This document shows positions 1-11,865 of a stretch of DNA of 64,000 bases, piece after piece. How positions within the stretch are numbered: the first letter of the stretch is position 1; every line of letters starts with the position of its first letter. The DNA lies in contig JBHGNT010000014.1 in NCBI GenBank assembly GCA_043228905.1, positions 15,500,001 to 15,564,000 of the forward strand, written 5' to 3'. The notes beneath the pieces are model-generated. The model saw nothing but the letters and a program-made list of their open reading frames with translations, had not been told where the DNA came from and ran no database searches. The position numbers were made by a program, and so were the translations under genes. This stretch comes from Azolla caroliniana. Its lineage: Eukaryota > Plantae > Polypodiophyta.

Positions 1-330
1 TACTACAAGGGGGTATATTTCGATGAATTTCGAAAACTACTTGGGGGTATTCTAGTGAGTTGTGTTTAGCCACCTTGTGATATTTCAAGTAGCAGCCGGC
101 AACAGCTCAGCTCAAGCCGGAGTCGAGCTGTAAAACCATTTTTAAACGGTTTGACAGTTCGGTTCTGTTCGGTTCAAGCTTGAGCTTCCTTACGCGGTTT
201 GAGCTCAGTTCACTTAAGCTTGAGCCTTACCAAACCTGTTAAGCCTTAACTAAGTTTAGGGATCGGTTATATCGGGTTTGGCTTGCACAAGGCCAAACCG
301 GTTAAGCCGAAACCGAATTGTTGCCACCTA
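1..330. mobile_element. Probable end of a non-autonomous hAT-like MITE in BAT1 intron 2 (other end outside window)
   Basis: Ends in ...TTGCCACCTA (reverse complement TAGGTGGCAA, hAT-like terminus) after many CGGTT/AACCG and AAGCT/GAGCT subterminal motifs; partner TIR and TSD not visible. Confidence 0.35.
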
Positions 331-368
331 ATTGTAAGGATTAAACATAAATGTTGTGATTAGCTTAC

Positions 369-629
369 CAACCAGTTATCCAAGATGCAAATGGACCCCA
401 TTTGTTTCCTGCTAATCGAAAGCTCCAGAAATAGAGGCCCCCAGATGTAGGGTAAGCAGAGCAAATTTCAGCCATGGATGAAGCCACAAAGGTGGTAAAG
501 AAACCAGCTATGAGCCATCCATATGTCATGGAGATTGGTCCCCCATATGCCAAACCTGTATTATAGACGGTTGTCACCCCAGTTAAGATTGAAATGAGAG
601 AGAATGAGACTGCAGTGTTGGCCAGTACT
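369..629 (-). CDS. BAT1: Amino-acid permease BAT1-like (APC family), coding exon 2; gene continues beyond window start
   Basis: Translates VLANTAVSFSLISILTGVTTVYNTGLAYGGP...SMAEICSAYPTSGGLYFWS...WGPFASWITGW, typical of plant BAT1/GABA permease; AG acceptor at 631-630, GTAAG donor from 368, phase matches exon 1. Confidence 0.9.
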
Positions 630-989
630 CTGCATCATGTAAGCAAACACACAAATGTAAACTGTTAACCTAAATGTAAACCTAAACCTAAATATACATA
701 TACTCATGCAGTACATATGCACACAGGACACACACTACATATGTGTTTCACTTTGGTCTCCTTCTTCATATTTGACCTAAACCTTTCTTTTCTGATTCAA
801 TGATTGTATGCAGTCTGTGATTGATGTCCATCATAGGCCACTTTGTTGGCAATCACTCTTCTTTTCCTTCTTCCATAGAATCATCTTATTATCTGACATT
901 TGGGTCAACCTATATGGCAGATGATGATCCCTTCTTGTAACTTTGTGGTCTCAAGAGGTAAATTTCAGACATTGTGCAATGCATACATG

Positions 990-1421
990 TATGCAGCATA
1001 TCAGATGATGGTGATGGTGATGGTGATGGTAATGGTAATGGTAATGGTAATAGTAAGGGTGCTTGTATACATATGCATATTTCTGCAGACGTTGCTTTAT
1101 ATGCATATATTACATGTATGCATATCAGATGATGGTGATTGTAATGGTAATGGTAATAGTAATGGTGCTATGCTGCTTGTATACATATGCATATTTCTGC
1201 AGACCTTGCTTTATATGCATATATTACATGTATGTATATCAGGGGATGGTGATTGTAATGGTAATGGTAATAGCAATGGTGCTATGCTGCTTGTACACAT
1301 ATGCATATTTCTGCAGACCTTGCTTTATATGCATATCAGATGATGGTGATGGTAATGTTTTAAATAGTAATGGTGCTTGTATACATATGCATATTTCTGC
1401 AGACCTTGCTTGATATGCATA
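990..1421. repeat. Intronic minisatellite (114-bp unit, about 3.5 copies) with (ATGGTR)n microsatellite
   Basis: GCTTGTATACATATGCATATTTCTGCAGAC recurs near-identically at 1061, 1175, 1289 and 1375. Confidence 0.9.
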
Positions 1422-1633
1422 TGATGTATTTATAATCTTACATTTTGTTTCATCTTTGTATTCAACATATTCATGATGCTTGTAAATGGGGTCTCATAGC
1501 TCATTTTCGTCTCTTTCGGATCGTAAGATGTTATGTCTGAATCCGTTTCGGGTTCAAGACAACTCCAATTGCAATCGTTTGTTTGTTTGTTTCCATTCCA
1601 CAACACAATATGTTGAAGATAAAAATCACTTAC

Positions 1634-1764
1634 GACATGTCGCGCTTGAGCTCTTGCTTGTAACCAAGCTCCTTGAGGCGAAGACGATCAAGGTCGGCCT
1701 CTTCGGACATGGCTTTATCGTTAACATCCATCCTTCTTCCGCCCCAAGAACTAGTCACCACCAT
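1634..1764 (-). CDS. BAT1: BAT1-like permease, coding exon 1
   Basis: ATG at 1764 gives MVVTSSWGGRRMDVNDKAMSEEADLDRLRLKELGYKQELKRDMS with the conserved LxELGYKQELKRD motif; GTAAGT donor from 1633; a downstream in-frame ATG could be the true start. Confidence 0.85.
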
Positions 1765-2653
1765 AACTGAAGAATTGGAGATAAAACAAAACAAAAACAA
1801 TCTATGCCAAGCAAGAAGACCGCAAGATGATGAATTGTTGTTGATTGTGTGCTTGTTTCTTTAGTCAAAACTTGAACCCAACCCAAAAGTGATGATTTTA
1901 AAGAAGGTTGTCAAGGTAGAATGGGGACGATGGTGATTGATGATTGCTGAGAACTATTTTAATTTTTGTTAGTGCTCATGCACCTGGAGTGCACTTGGAA
2001 CATTCATGTAATCAATACTTGAAAGAACCTTTTAGGACATTCTATTGGGGTCCACAAGATACACTTCTATATGGTGAGGCTAGAAGAAAAAATAAAAAAC
2101 ACAATTCAGTTGCATTAATATCGTTGTTGTTATGGTGTGTACGAACTAGCAATATGTAAGTGGGATTCAATTGTTTGTTTCAAGTTTGGGTTTACCACCT
2201 ATGGCTTCACATGGGTGACAACTCTTGCATGGTTCAATAACCCCTTATGAACAAGTGTTTGTTAATAAATGAGGATATCAATGCTTTAATAGGTGAACCA
2301 ATTCCCATGAAACCAAAGTTTTAGTCACATGAGTCAAACCATCCAATGACCCAAAACATGCATTGTTGTATGGAACCTTTAATTTGTCGTACTCTAGCTG
2401 GTTTTAAGCATATACAAAATGTATGGAAAATCATAAATTTGTTTACCAAGGATTTGGTTAAAAATCAAAACAAATTTCAAAACTTTTATCATTGTGCATG
2501 AGGAATTTCCCTAAGCTCGTAAGCGTTTCATTGCTAGAATTAATATTATACATCCTTCTATATTGAGTCCTACAAGTTTCTTGATGGCAGACACTAATGT
2601 GGAAATCATGTGATGCAAAAATGTTAAAAGTCATTAAGAAAATGTTTTGAATG

Positions 2654-3000
2654 TTTTTTTTTTCCCAAAAAAAAACTCCTTCCATTAGTTATAAAATTTT
2701 ACAAATGAGACAATTATGTACAAATCCCTAAAGGGACGCGATAGTTCCATCTTATGTGGATGCCCACTGACTCAAGAAAGGGAGAGGACAACCATTGTTG
2801 GATGAAGGCTATTCGTTGTCTTTCAACTCCCTCAGAGCCGCCCTTAAGGCCATCATATTGGCTCTTCAGAGTGGCTACAATTTCCCTCATATCTCTTGCA
2901 GTAACCTTGTTGGATGTGCGGTTTTGTTGGAGAAGACTCACCTACATTGTTGTTTCCATATAACCCAAAGGGTTATTGGGCTGACCAATTCCAACACCTC
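2654..3000 (-). mobile_element. Old 5'-truncated L1-type LINE 3' fragment
   Basis: ORF 2714-2941 ends RIAFIQQWLSSPFL...IRWNYRVP, resembling the ORF2 C-terminus (RLRFWQKWRNTPMV...PRWNYQPP) of the L1 at 7.1 kb; poly(T) plus CTTCCATTAGTT matches that family's 3' end. Confidence 0.65.
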
Positions 3001-3465
3001 TTGAGATTTGTCATTAAGAGGAATGGAGTGGACATTGCCGCAGGAGGAGAAAAGGACCTCTTTATGTTAAGTGGTGCATAACTTAATGTAGAATAATCTT
3101 ACTAAGAAGGAACTTTTAAATTCTCACATAATGGAGAGAAACTAATTTATCAATTGTTTTACTAAATAATGAATATATTTGATTGTGAATCACCAAGGAA
3201 AGTGCCATAAAACAAGACAAGTGCAATGGATCTGAGAGTGAAGGACCCTTTTAGGAAATTATCTTCTTAAATCATGTTAAAAGGGAACTTTTTTAGTTTA
3301 AAGTGTTCACTCGAGGTGATATGTGGGTATGAAAATATTGCAATTACTATGCTTACACATGTTGCTTTACTTTTAAAAAAACATACTTTAGAAGCCTCAA
3401 TGAAACAACAATATGCCCTATGCATGCCAACGTTTTTTGTAATTTTCCCGTTTACTATTTCATTG

Positions 3466-3540
3466 TTTTTATTCCAAAAAAAAAACTACTTCCATTAGTT
3501 AAGCAATGTACAAAGGATAATTTACAACTCATATCTTACA
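3466..3540 (-). mobile_element. Short LINE 3'-terminal stub
   Basis: TTCCAAAAAAAAAACTACTTCCATTAGTTA resembles the 3' termini at 2664-2690 and 6950-6980. Confidence 0.4.
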
Positions 3541-5764
3541 CGACATCTTGCATGTCAAAGGAAAACAATATGTGTAGATGAAACACCAAAAAAAAACAAC
3601 TCCAAAGCACCACATCATTCGATGTGTATAGCATTACTCGGACGCATATTCTCCACGTGAGCCTCATACAAAACAGAATTCAACATAGATGTCCTCCATT
3701 CACTCCTCATGGCAGAACCCATCTAGATGTTCGGTAATTGAGGACAAGATAATACATTACGATTAGAAAATTATAAGATATAGTAGTTTTTTATTCCACC
3801 ATTGCTTTTTAAAAGACTCAATTCTATAAATTTCTTCCCATCCAATACTAGATGCATGTCAAGGCAAGGTATTGGTATCTTAACGACTCAAAAAGTTAGG
3901 GAATGATTTATTTCCCTATGGCATCATTCCAATCACCAATAGTTGTGGTCACCCACTACTTTACTAGTCTTACAGGTTTTAAAACCTCATATTTGCATAT
4001 TATAATGCAATGATATCGTTGCAATCCATTGAAGAAACAAAATTTACATTTTCCTGAACGTTCAAGCCATCATGTAATGGTTGCAATGAACTTGCCACCA
4101 TCATGTATGTCACAAATTCAAAGGTGTTCATTCCTATTGCTCCGTTGTAAATGATCTTGGTTATTATTGATATAAAAAGATTGCACATGCATTGGCTTGC
4201 TTTCCTTACATTATGTGGTATACTCTTTCTTGCAAAAACAACCATCAATATGAAAAAATTGTACGTCATTTTTGTTGTGTTGTCATCATCTTGCATACTC
4301 ATTTGTGCAAAACAACTAAATAACTTTACCTCTCTAGAACAAGTATGAATAATGAGATGATATAGGTCTTCAATCCCTATTCATGAATACACGAAAAAAT
4401 CCATTGGAATACTCCAAGGTGGACATGGATGCAACAACCAATCATATAAAAAAAAATAGCCCTCACGAACTAAACCACATAAAGATGAGTAAAGGGTTGA
4501 AGAACCTTTACTTATCTCAAAATGCGAAAAGAAATGCACTAAAAATCAATTGACCAACCTTGGAAGCCATTTGTTAAGATGATAATAGTTTCATGTGAGA
4601 TTGTACGCAATTGAAATAGTTATGGCATCTCTCATGAAATGGTTTCACAATTAAATCAAGTGCATAGAAACATTATAGAGTTACATCGCGTTGCATTTTG
4701 GACTCGTAGTTTGCCATGCATTTACTTCTACGTAGTGTCAAGAACTAGTCGACTTAAATATCAAGAATAGAAGTTAGCAAGAATAAATATCAAGGATGGG
4801 TTATGGTGTAGTTAGATTTGAAGAGAGCCTATCATAATGTTAATTGGTCCTTTGTTTCTGGTTTAATGCATACAGTGGGTTTTGGACATGTATGTCCTAG
4901 CTTATATATTTTTTAGGGCAAAATGCAATCTCTTGAGTAATGCTTACTGGTGTAATTAGCATATATTTCCTTGCAACTTCTATTCATCAAGGATGCCCAC
5001 TTAGCCCATTGGTGTTTTCTTTAGTTACTCATCCCTTGTTGGTGATGTCATCCACAACTTGCAACTAAGGTTGATAATGTAGGTCTACATCTTCCATCTA
5101 AGGACAATTGGTAGTGCAAGCTTTGGCAGATGCTTCTTCCATATTCCTACATGCCTCATGTGAGAATCTTGAGAAGGGGATGCGTGTATGGAACCACTTG
5201 CCTTGGCATCTAGATTTCATATTAATTGGAGGAAATCTTACTTCATCTCATGTAATGAGGGATTTGGATTGTCTAGGATGGTGGTTAGAAAAGGCTTTAT
5301 TTTTTTAACTCTTGGAGTATTTGGCATGAATTTTATGAATTCTCAATTGGTTTAATGGATGACTAACAAGTTAATGGATAAGTTCAAGTATTTGAAGTCG
5401 CAATCTTGGTTGTTTCATGTATGCTTGAAGTTGTACATTGTATTATGGAACCCATGATTATGTTATTTGATGTTAACATGGACAAAGAAAGTTTTGTATT
5501 CCATTCAGGGCCTAAATTTGACGGGTTAGTATCAAAGTTTTTTGACGGGCATTTTTTAAAGATGTATGTCATATGACATAAGATTGCAAAAACTAATATG
5601 TCATTTGACATGCAAATTTTTAAAATGAAAAGCTCTATATAATGCTACATTGTTATAGATGCCATTACTATAACACAAATAAACATAACTACCTCACAAA
5701 GATAATGAAATACATAAAATAAATATTGTGTTAATGTTTTTACTATTAAAAAAAAGAGGCTATT

Positions 5765-6701
5765 CGCAATGGTTGGCAAACATTGGGCATCCCCGATGAG
5801 GCACTCATTACCTTTTGGAAAGGTCTTTAGCATCTCCACATGCCTGAAAAGATCAAGCTCTTTTGGTGGCAGATCGGTCATAATGTGGTGCCCGTTGGTG
5901 AATGGCTAGATAAACGTGGCGGCCCGTTAGGTTGCCCACTTTGCCCTCAAGCTCAAAAGATCTGGGATAGAGTGACTCGCCTACTTGCGGCATGTGAAGT
6001 TGAAGGAACAGCCTCGTGGAGCGCTGCGGCATGGATTGATCACTCAGTCGAAGGGTGGACGGACACCGTCAATGCGGATAGTTGGTGCTATGTATGCATG
6101 AGAGGCAAAATCGTCAAGATCCGTTTCGAAAGAGGCTTGCAGCCTGCATCTCTTAGGTTTCTAGAAATCTGGATGTTGATCGCAGGTTTCACCTTGTGGT
6201 ATATATGGAAAGCGCGTTGCCTCAAGGTTTTCCAAGGTACGGTACGACCCTTGGAGGAAGTGATCATGGACATATGGTTCGCGATTATCAGCTGCCTACG
6301 AGGGCAACTAAAAGAGATTTGCAGCCACTCCAACGACGTGGTCTTTGCCCGTTTGCGCTTTTGGCAGAAATGGCGGAACACACCTATGGTGTTGCAAGGC
6401 GGGAGTGGCCCGAGGTGGAATTACCAGCCCCCACGCTGGTTGTTTCCTACTCACCTGCCACCCTCTCTTCGTTGTAGGCCCCAAGAGCCGACTCGTACTA
6501 GGCAACATTGAAGGGCATCGCCTTAGATATAGGTAGCTTCTTACATTAAGTTAGGCCGCAAGGCATTGTAAGTAGGCCCATCTTCTTTTACTTGATCGGA
6601 GGAAGACTCCCCGATGTGTGTATAAATCTCCTTGTAGACTCTCTATGTAATAATCCTTCCTAACTAATGAGAAAGTAGCTTCATTTTGGGGAAAAAAAAA
6701 G
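5765..6701 (+). mobile_element. 5'-truncated L1 copy (ORF2 C-terminus, 3' UTR, poly(A))
   Basis: Close match to reverse complement of 6950-7920; poly(A) 6692-6700; TSD AGAGGCTATT (5755-5764, 6702-6711); small deletion in the zinc-finger region. Confidence 0.9.
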
Positions 6702-7126
6702 AGAGGCTATTTTTTTGGAAAAAAGGGTTGTTAAAAAATTAAGTTTTAACTTAAAACATTAAAATCAAACCTAGAGTTTACAACACTCTTTTTAAGGTTA
6801 TTGTTTAAAATTTCAATCAAATTTAAACTAATATTATTAGTAAAGAATAAAGGTTTAAAAATATATATCATTATTACACGATGATGATATTATTTTAAGC
6901 ATGTTATAAAAATATATATAATATAAATATATATATATATATATATATTTTCCAAAGTAAAGCTACTTTCCCATTAGTTAGGAAGGATTATTACATAGAG
7001 TCTATAAGGAGATTTATACACACATCGGGGAGACTTCCTCCGATCAAGCCAAAGAAGATGAGCCACTTACATTGCCTTGCGGCCTAACTTAATGTAAGAA
7101 GCTACCTATATCCAAGGCAATGCCCT

Positions 7127-9867
7127 TCAATGTGGCCTCGTACGAGTCGGCTCTTGGGGCCTACACCGAAGAGAGGGTGGCAGGTGAATAGGAAACAACC
7201 AACGTGGGGGCTGGTAGTTCCACCTCGGGCCACTCCCGCCTTGCATCACCATAGGTGTGTTCCGCCATTTCTGCCAAAAGCGCAAACGGGCAGTGGTCGC
7301 GTCGTTGGAGTGGCTGCAAACCTCTTCTAGTTGCCCTCGTAGGCAGCTGATAAGCGCGAACCATATGTCCATGATCACTTCCTCCGGGGGCCGTACCGTA
7401 CCTTGGAAGACCTTGAGGCAACGCGCTTTCCATATATACCACAAGGTGAAACCTGCGATCAACATCCAGATTTCCGGAAACCTAGGGGATGCGGGCTGCA
7501 AGCCTCTTTCAAAACGGATCTTGACGATTTTGCCTCTCGTGCATACATAGCACCAACTATCTGCATTGACGGCATCCGTCCACCCTTCGACCGAGTGAGC
7601 AATCCATGCCGCAGCGCTCCACGAGGTTGTTCCTTCAACGTCACATGCCACAAGGAGGCGAGTCACTCTATCCCATACCTTTTGAGCTTGAGGGCAATCC
7701 CACAAACAATGTCTCAGAGACTCAATAGGTAGAGAGCACAGTGGGCAGCCTAATGGGCCGCCACGTTTATCTAACCATTCGCCAACGGGCACCACATTAT
7801 GACCGATCTGCCACCAAAAGAGCTTGATCTTTTCAGGCATGTGGAGACGCCAAAGACCCTTCCAAAAGGCAATGAGCGCCTCATCGGGGATGCCCAATGT
7901 TCGCCAGCCATTGCGAAGGGGGCCGCCTCGCTGCAGTTGCAAAGTCCGACCCAATTTAGTGGTGTAATCGAAGAAGTGGTGGAGTCTATCGTCATGTTTC
8001 CATCTGAAATCCCCGGGGTCCCAATCCAGATCGACAAGGGGACGACAACCGTATACCCTTAACCTCCAATGGGGTTCCACCTTAGCAACATCCGGGTCTG
8101 TCTTCCAGATGTTATCAATCTGTGCCACCACTCGGATTGGGTGCCAAGAGCCGCTGCTCTGGCTGTCCCCAAAAACTGTATCACTCCCCGATCCGCTCAT
8201 GCCCTTTAGCGACTTGACCATTCCAGCCTCGTCAAAGAGACCGAATCATGCATGTTCTCTCGCCTCCCCCATCGGAACCCTGTCAACTGCCTCAGCTATC
8301 AGTCTCCGCATTTTCGTAGCTCCCTTGAGGGGAGGGAAAAGGTCCTCTTGGGCTCTTCCTGAATCAGCCATGCGTCTCCAATCGTCTATAGATAGGAGGC
8401 CTGTTTGTGCCAACTTTCCCCATGCTAGGCCCTTAAGTTGCCCTAGCATCGCGTTGTCATTCGTTCGCACATGAGGATTCCAGAATAGTGGCTGTCTAGT
8501 CCATTCGGTCAATGTCTCCGGGGTGTGCTTGACCAAATGATGTCGTATATGGCACCATGCCCGCAAGATGGAGTTCGTGACCCTATCCTCCGGATGGCAA
8601 GCCAGCTTGGGTGGGACTCCACTCGTGCAACACCAATTCAAGGAGTCGGGCCAAGGCCTACCATACTTGGGAGTCCCTACTTGCAGCCTGTTGCGAAGAA
8701 GTACCTTCCAGCACCCCTTACCTGGCAGGAGGCAGCGAACCACCATTTTAGCCAGCAATGCACGACTCTGCATTAAGGGGTCTATGAGGCCAAGCCCCCC
8801 TTTGGCCCGCGGTTGCGTTAACCAACACCATGAGACTCTGGCGGCAGCCCGTGGGTTGTCCTTACCTGACCATATAAACCCCCTAATGGCAGCCTTAATC
8901 GCGTGCAAACCTGCAGGGTCCATAATCCAGCATGAGACTGAGTGCCACATGGTAGCGAGCAGCACTTGGTTCGCCACAAGGACCCTACCAGCGAAGGACA
9001 ATTTTGATCTACTCCACTGGTTCAGCTTCTTACTTATTTTGGCTTGTACGTGGGCCAATTGCGCTCCCTTGGGGATTGACCTCCCCATCGTAAATCCAAG
9101 GTACTTGAAAGTCGTCCCACTAGGGACCCACGTAAAATCGGCATGGGGTTGCCATCCTGGTGTCTCCTGTTCGCTGAACCATAGACCTTGGGTTTTATTC
9201 CAATTGATCTTGGCACCAACCGCCTGACAAAAGTCCTCGACAAGATGTTCAGCCCGCTGTAAATTCTCCTCATCACCTTGCAAGAAAAGAACCGTATCGT
9301 CGGCATATTCAGATAACAGCAAATCTTCAGTCGCATTGGGGATGGGCAATCCCCGCAGCCCGCTAGTTGGTGCTTGTAAGTAGGCGGAGAAAGCCTCGGT
9401 TATAAAGAGATAGAGATATGGGGCTAGGGGACAACCTTGCCTCACTGAGCGTTGTAGTTGGAAGGCGGGTCCCCTAGATCCAGCCATCAGCACGCTACTC
9501 GTAGCTGTCCGATAGAGTGCAGAAGTGCAATTCCTCCATTTTTGAGGTAGGCCCAAAGCTCTCATCACATTTTCCAAAAAGGGCCATAACACCCTATCGT
9601 AGGCCTTCTCGAAGTCTAGCATCAGAATAGCCGAGCTCGATACGGAGCGACCGGCCAATGCCATAGCTTCCCAAAGAAGCAACACATTATCAAAGATACA
9701 CCCGTTCTTGACAAACCCAGTTTGATTGTCGTGTATGATGTCCGGTAAGAAGCTTGCTAATCGTTGAGCTAGGACTTTAGCGAGTATCTTGTATGCCGTG
9801 TTAAGGATCGTGATTGGACGCCATTGGCGCAACTCTAGGCTTCGCTCTTGGGATTTGGGGATGAGAT
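7127..9867 (-). pseudogene. L1 ORF2, RT and C-terminal part
   Basis: WRPITILN, LDFEKAYDRV, SVRQGCPLAP, EYADD motifs; single in-frame TGA at 8246-8248 (probably TGG>TGA), same frame continues to 7127. Confidence 0.92.
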
Positions 9868-10473
9868 TGATGGAAAAATCGACACTTTCCAAACTCCACC
9901 TCTCGGCCACAACCAAGGAAACACACGAATCGTTGTTGCAGAAAATGGGAAATGCAAAAGTAAATAAGTGGACACACGATTTAACGTGGAAAACCCTGTA
10001 CGGGAAAAACCACGGGAGTACAAGACTCCGAACCAAAACTATGCACAGAGAAATATACAATGGCGAGCTGCAAGGCGACGACCTTGAGCTCGCTGTCCTC
10101 GCCACAGGCGGCGGAATTACACAGAGGCGTCGACCTCTTCCTCTCTCACGCTCTATCTCTCTCACGGCTGCTCTCTCTCTTCACTCCTCTTGAGTGGAAA
10201 AACAGAAAAATGAGTAGCAACATTAAAACTGTTTGCCCTAAGTCATATTTATACACATATGACTTTAGGGCTATTTACAACTATAGCCTCAAGGGCCCTT
10301 GGCAAACATATTCACAGATATGTCCCCGCATCCGGATCTCTCTCCGGGTACATTCGTCATCCGGCTCCGAAGCCGAGGTCTTCATCATCCGGTTCCGAAA
10401 CCGCAACCGGGCTTGTCGTCATTCATCTCCGACATCCGACCATCCCATCCGGAAAGGGACCGTAAACCCAACA
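9868..10473 (-). repeat. Copia 3' LTR (606 bp)
   Basis: Nearly identical to 31747-32374 (one duplication of about 22 bp and a few substitutions); preceded by PPT AAGGGGGAG. Confidence 0.95.
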
Positions 10474-10483
10474 AACTCCCCCT

Positions 10484-11289
10484 TCACTTCGGCATGGGAT
10501 GTCTCTCCAATCCGATCCTCTTTCGGCATGCTTCCAGCTTGTCGGGTGTGAGCACCTTGGTCAGCATATCCGACCCGTTCTCGTCCGTGTGGATCTTCGT
10601 CAGCACGAACTCCTTGTCTTCTATCCTTTCCCGGATCCAGTGATATCTTCGCTGGATGTGCTTCGTCCGGGAGTGATAGGCCGCGTTCTTCGCAAGGTGG
10701 ATTGCACTCTGACTGTCGCAGTAGAGTCGGTACTCCTCCTGCCGGATACCGAGCTCTCTAATGAAGTCCTTCATCCATATTATTTCCTTGCCGGCTTCAA
10801 CAACCGCCATGTACTCCGCCTCCGTGGTTGACAACGCAACCGTCTTCTGCAGCCTCGACTGCCATGAAACAACTCCCCCTGCATACGTCATCACATACCC
10901 TGATGTGGACCGGCTGGTATCTGCATCAGCCGACATATCCGAATCGGTAAAGCCGTCGAGTTCGGGCTTACCGGAACCGAATCGGAGGCACACGTTTGCC
11001 GTGCCCTTCAGGTATCGGAGTATCCACTTGGCCGCGTTCCAATGCTCTTTGCCGGGATTGCTCATGTACCGGCTCACCACTCCGACTGCGTATCCAATGT
11101 CCGGTCTTGTACACACCATTGCGTACATCAAGCTTCCGACGGCAGAGGCATATGGCACTTTCATCATGTCCTCCTTCTCAGCCTTTGTCTTGGGGCTTTG
11201 CTTGTTGGATAGCTTGTAGTTTGCCGAGAGGGTCGATCCGACCGGTCTTGCTTCCGACATGTTGAACCGTTTAAGCACCTTTGTCACGT
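10484..11289 (-). pseudogene. Copia RT C-terminus and RNase H
   Basis: VPYASAVGSLMYAMVCTRPDI, FTDSD, VALSTTEAEY, LYCDSQSAI, HSRTKHI, NGSDMLTK motifs; cut at 11289/11290 by the Gypsy array. Confidence 0.92.
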
Positions 11290-11344
11290 TGTCGTGAAGA
11301 ATGTGCTTCACGATATAAAAATGAGCTTAAATGTTGTATTTAAT

Positions 11345-11415
11345 AATATTTGAGAGACTTGAACCCACATCCTTATATACGATGTACAATGTACATACCA
11401 CTAGGCTAGGCTATT
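11345..11415 (-). promoter_or_regulatory. tRNA-derived Pol III A/B-box module 1 in LTR-A (also at +7154 and +14308)
   Basis: Minus strand TAGCCTAGTGGT...GTGGGTTCAAGTCTCTC with tRNA-like A-to-B spacing. Confidence 0.6.
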
Positions 11416-11483
11416 TATTTGTAAAAGTGTGTAATAAATGTGCTTCATGATATAAGAATGAAGCTATATATTGTATTAAGTAA

Positions 11484-11551
11484 AATTGAGGGACTTGAAC
11501 CCTCAACCTTGTATACCAAGCACCAAGCATACACCACTAAGCTAGGTTAGT
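11484..11551 (-). promoter_or_regulatory. tRNA-derived Pol III A/B-box module 2 in LTR-A
   Basis: Minus strand TAGCTTAGTGGT...GAGGG-TTCAAGT-CCCTC: perfect 5-bp T-stem with 7-nt loop. Confidence 0.7.
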
Positions 11552-11619
11552 TATTTTAGAATGCATTTTCATCATTATACTTATCCCATACTATTTTCAT
11601 ACATACCCATCATTCATCA

Positions 11620-11729
11620 CATGCAATGCATGTGCGCCAAATGGCGATCATGCATTACATGTAACTCATGCATTGCATGCATGCCATGCTCCCATACATT
11701 ACCATATGCATGGCAACACTTATATAAGG
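11620..11729 (+). promoter_or_regulatory. LTR-A Pol II core: E2F-type site, RY (CATGCA) cluster, TATA box
   Basis: GCGCCAAA (reverse complement TTTGGCGC) at 11634-11641, several CATGCA, TATATAAG at 11721; same block in LTR-B at 14725-14842. Confidence 0.55.
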
Positions 11730-11794
11730 AGGGGAAAGGGAAAACAAGGGAAGGAATCAAGAGAGAGTGAGAAAATAATACAATCAATTGAAGA

Positions 11795-11865
11795 AGACTA
11801 GCTCATTGGGTGGGTGGAGAACCTCTCGTTTCGAAGTTGAGGTCGAGGGTTCAAATCAAGGGTCG
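11795..11865 (+). promoter_or_regulatory. tRNA-derived A/B-box module 3 in LTR-A (sense, downstream of TATA)
   Basis: TAGCTCATTGG (11799)...GAGGTCGAGGGTTCAAATC (B box 11848-11857). Confidence 0.6.

Noticed and set aside
900-1413. ORFs of 147 and 116 aa on the + strand
   Set aside because: Products of a 114-bp (multiple of 3) minisatellite inside the BAT1 intron, on the opposite strand
3780-5497. Possible decayed transposase or gene (continuing at 36167-37400)
   Set aside because: Coding-like texture but no motif I can recognise and many stops in all frames; needs tBLASTx
8246-10165. 639-aa ORF as a single gene
   Set aside because: Chance read-through from the Copia LTR into L1 ORF2 across the insertion junction at 9867/9868
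11345-11865. Functional tRNA genes in the LTRs
   Set aside because: Acceptor and anticodon stems pair poorly; only the A/B boxes and some T-arms hold, so they are reported as tRNA-derived modules
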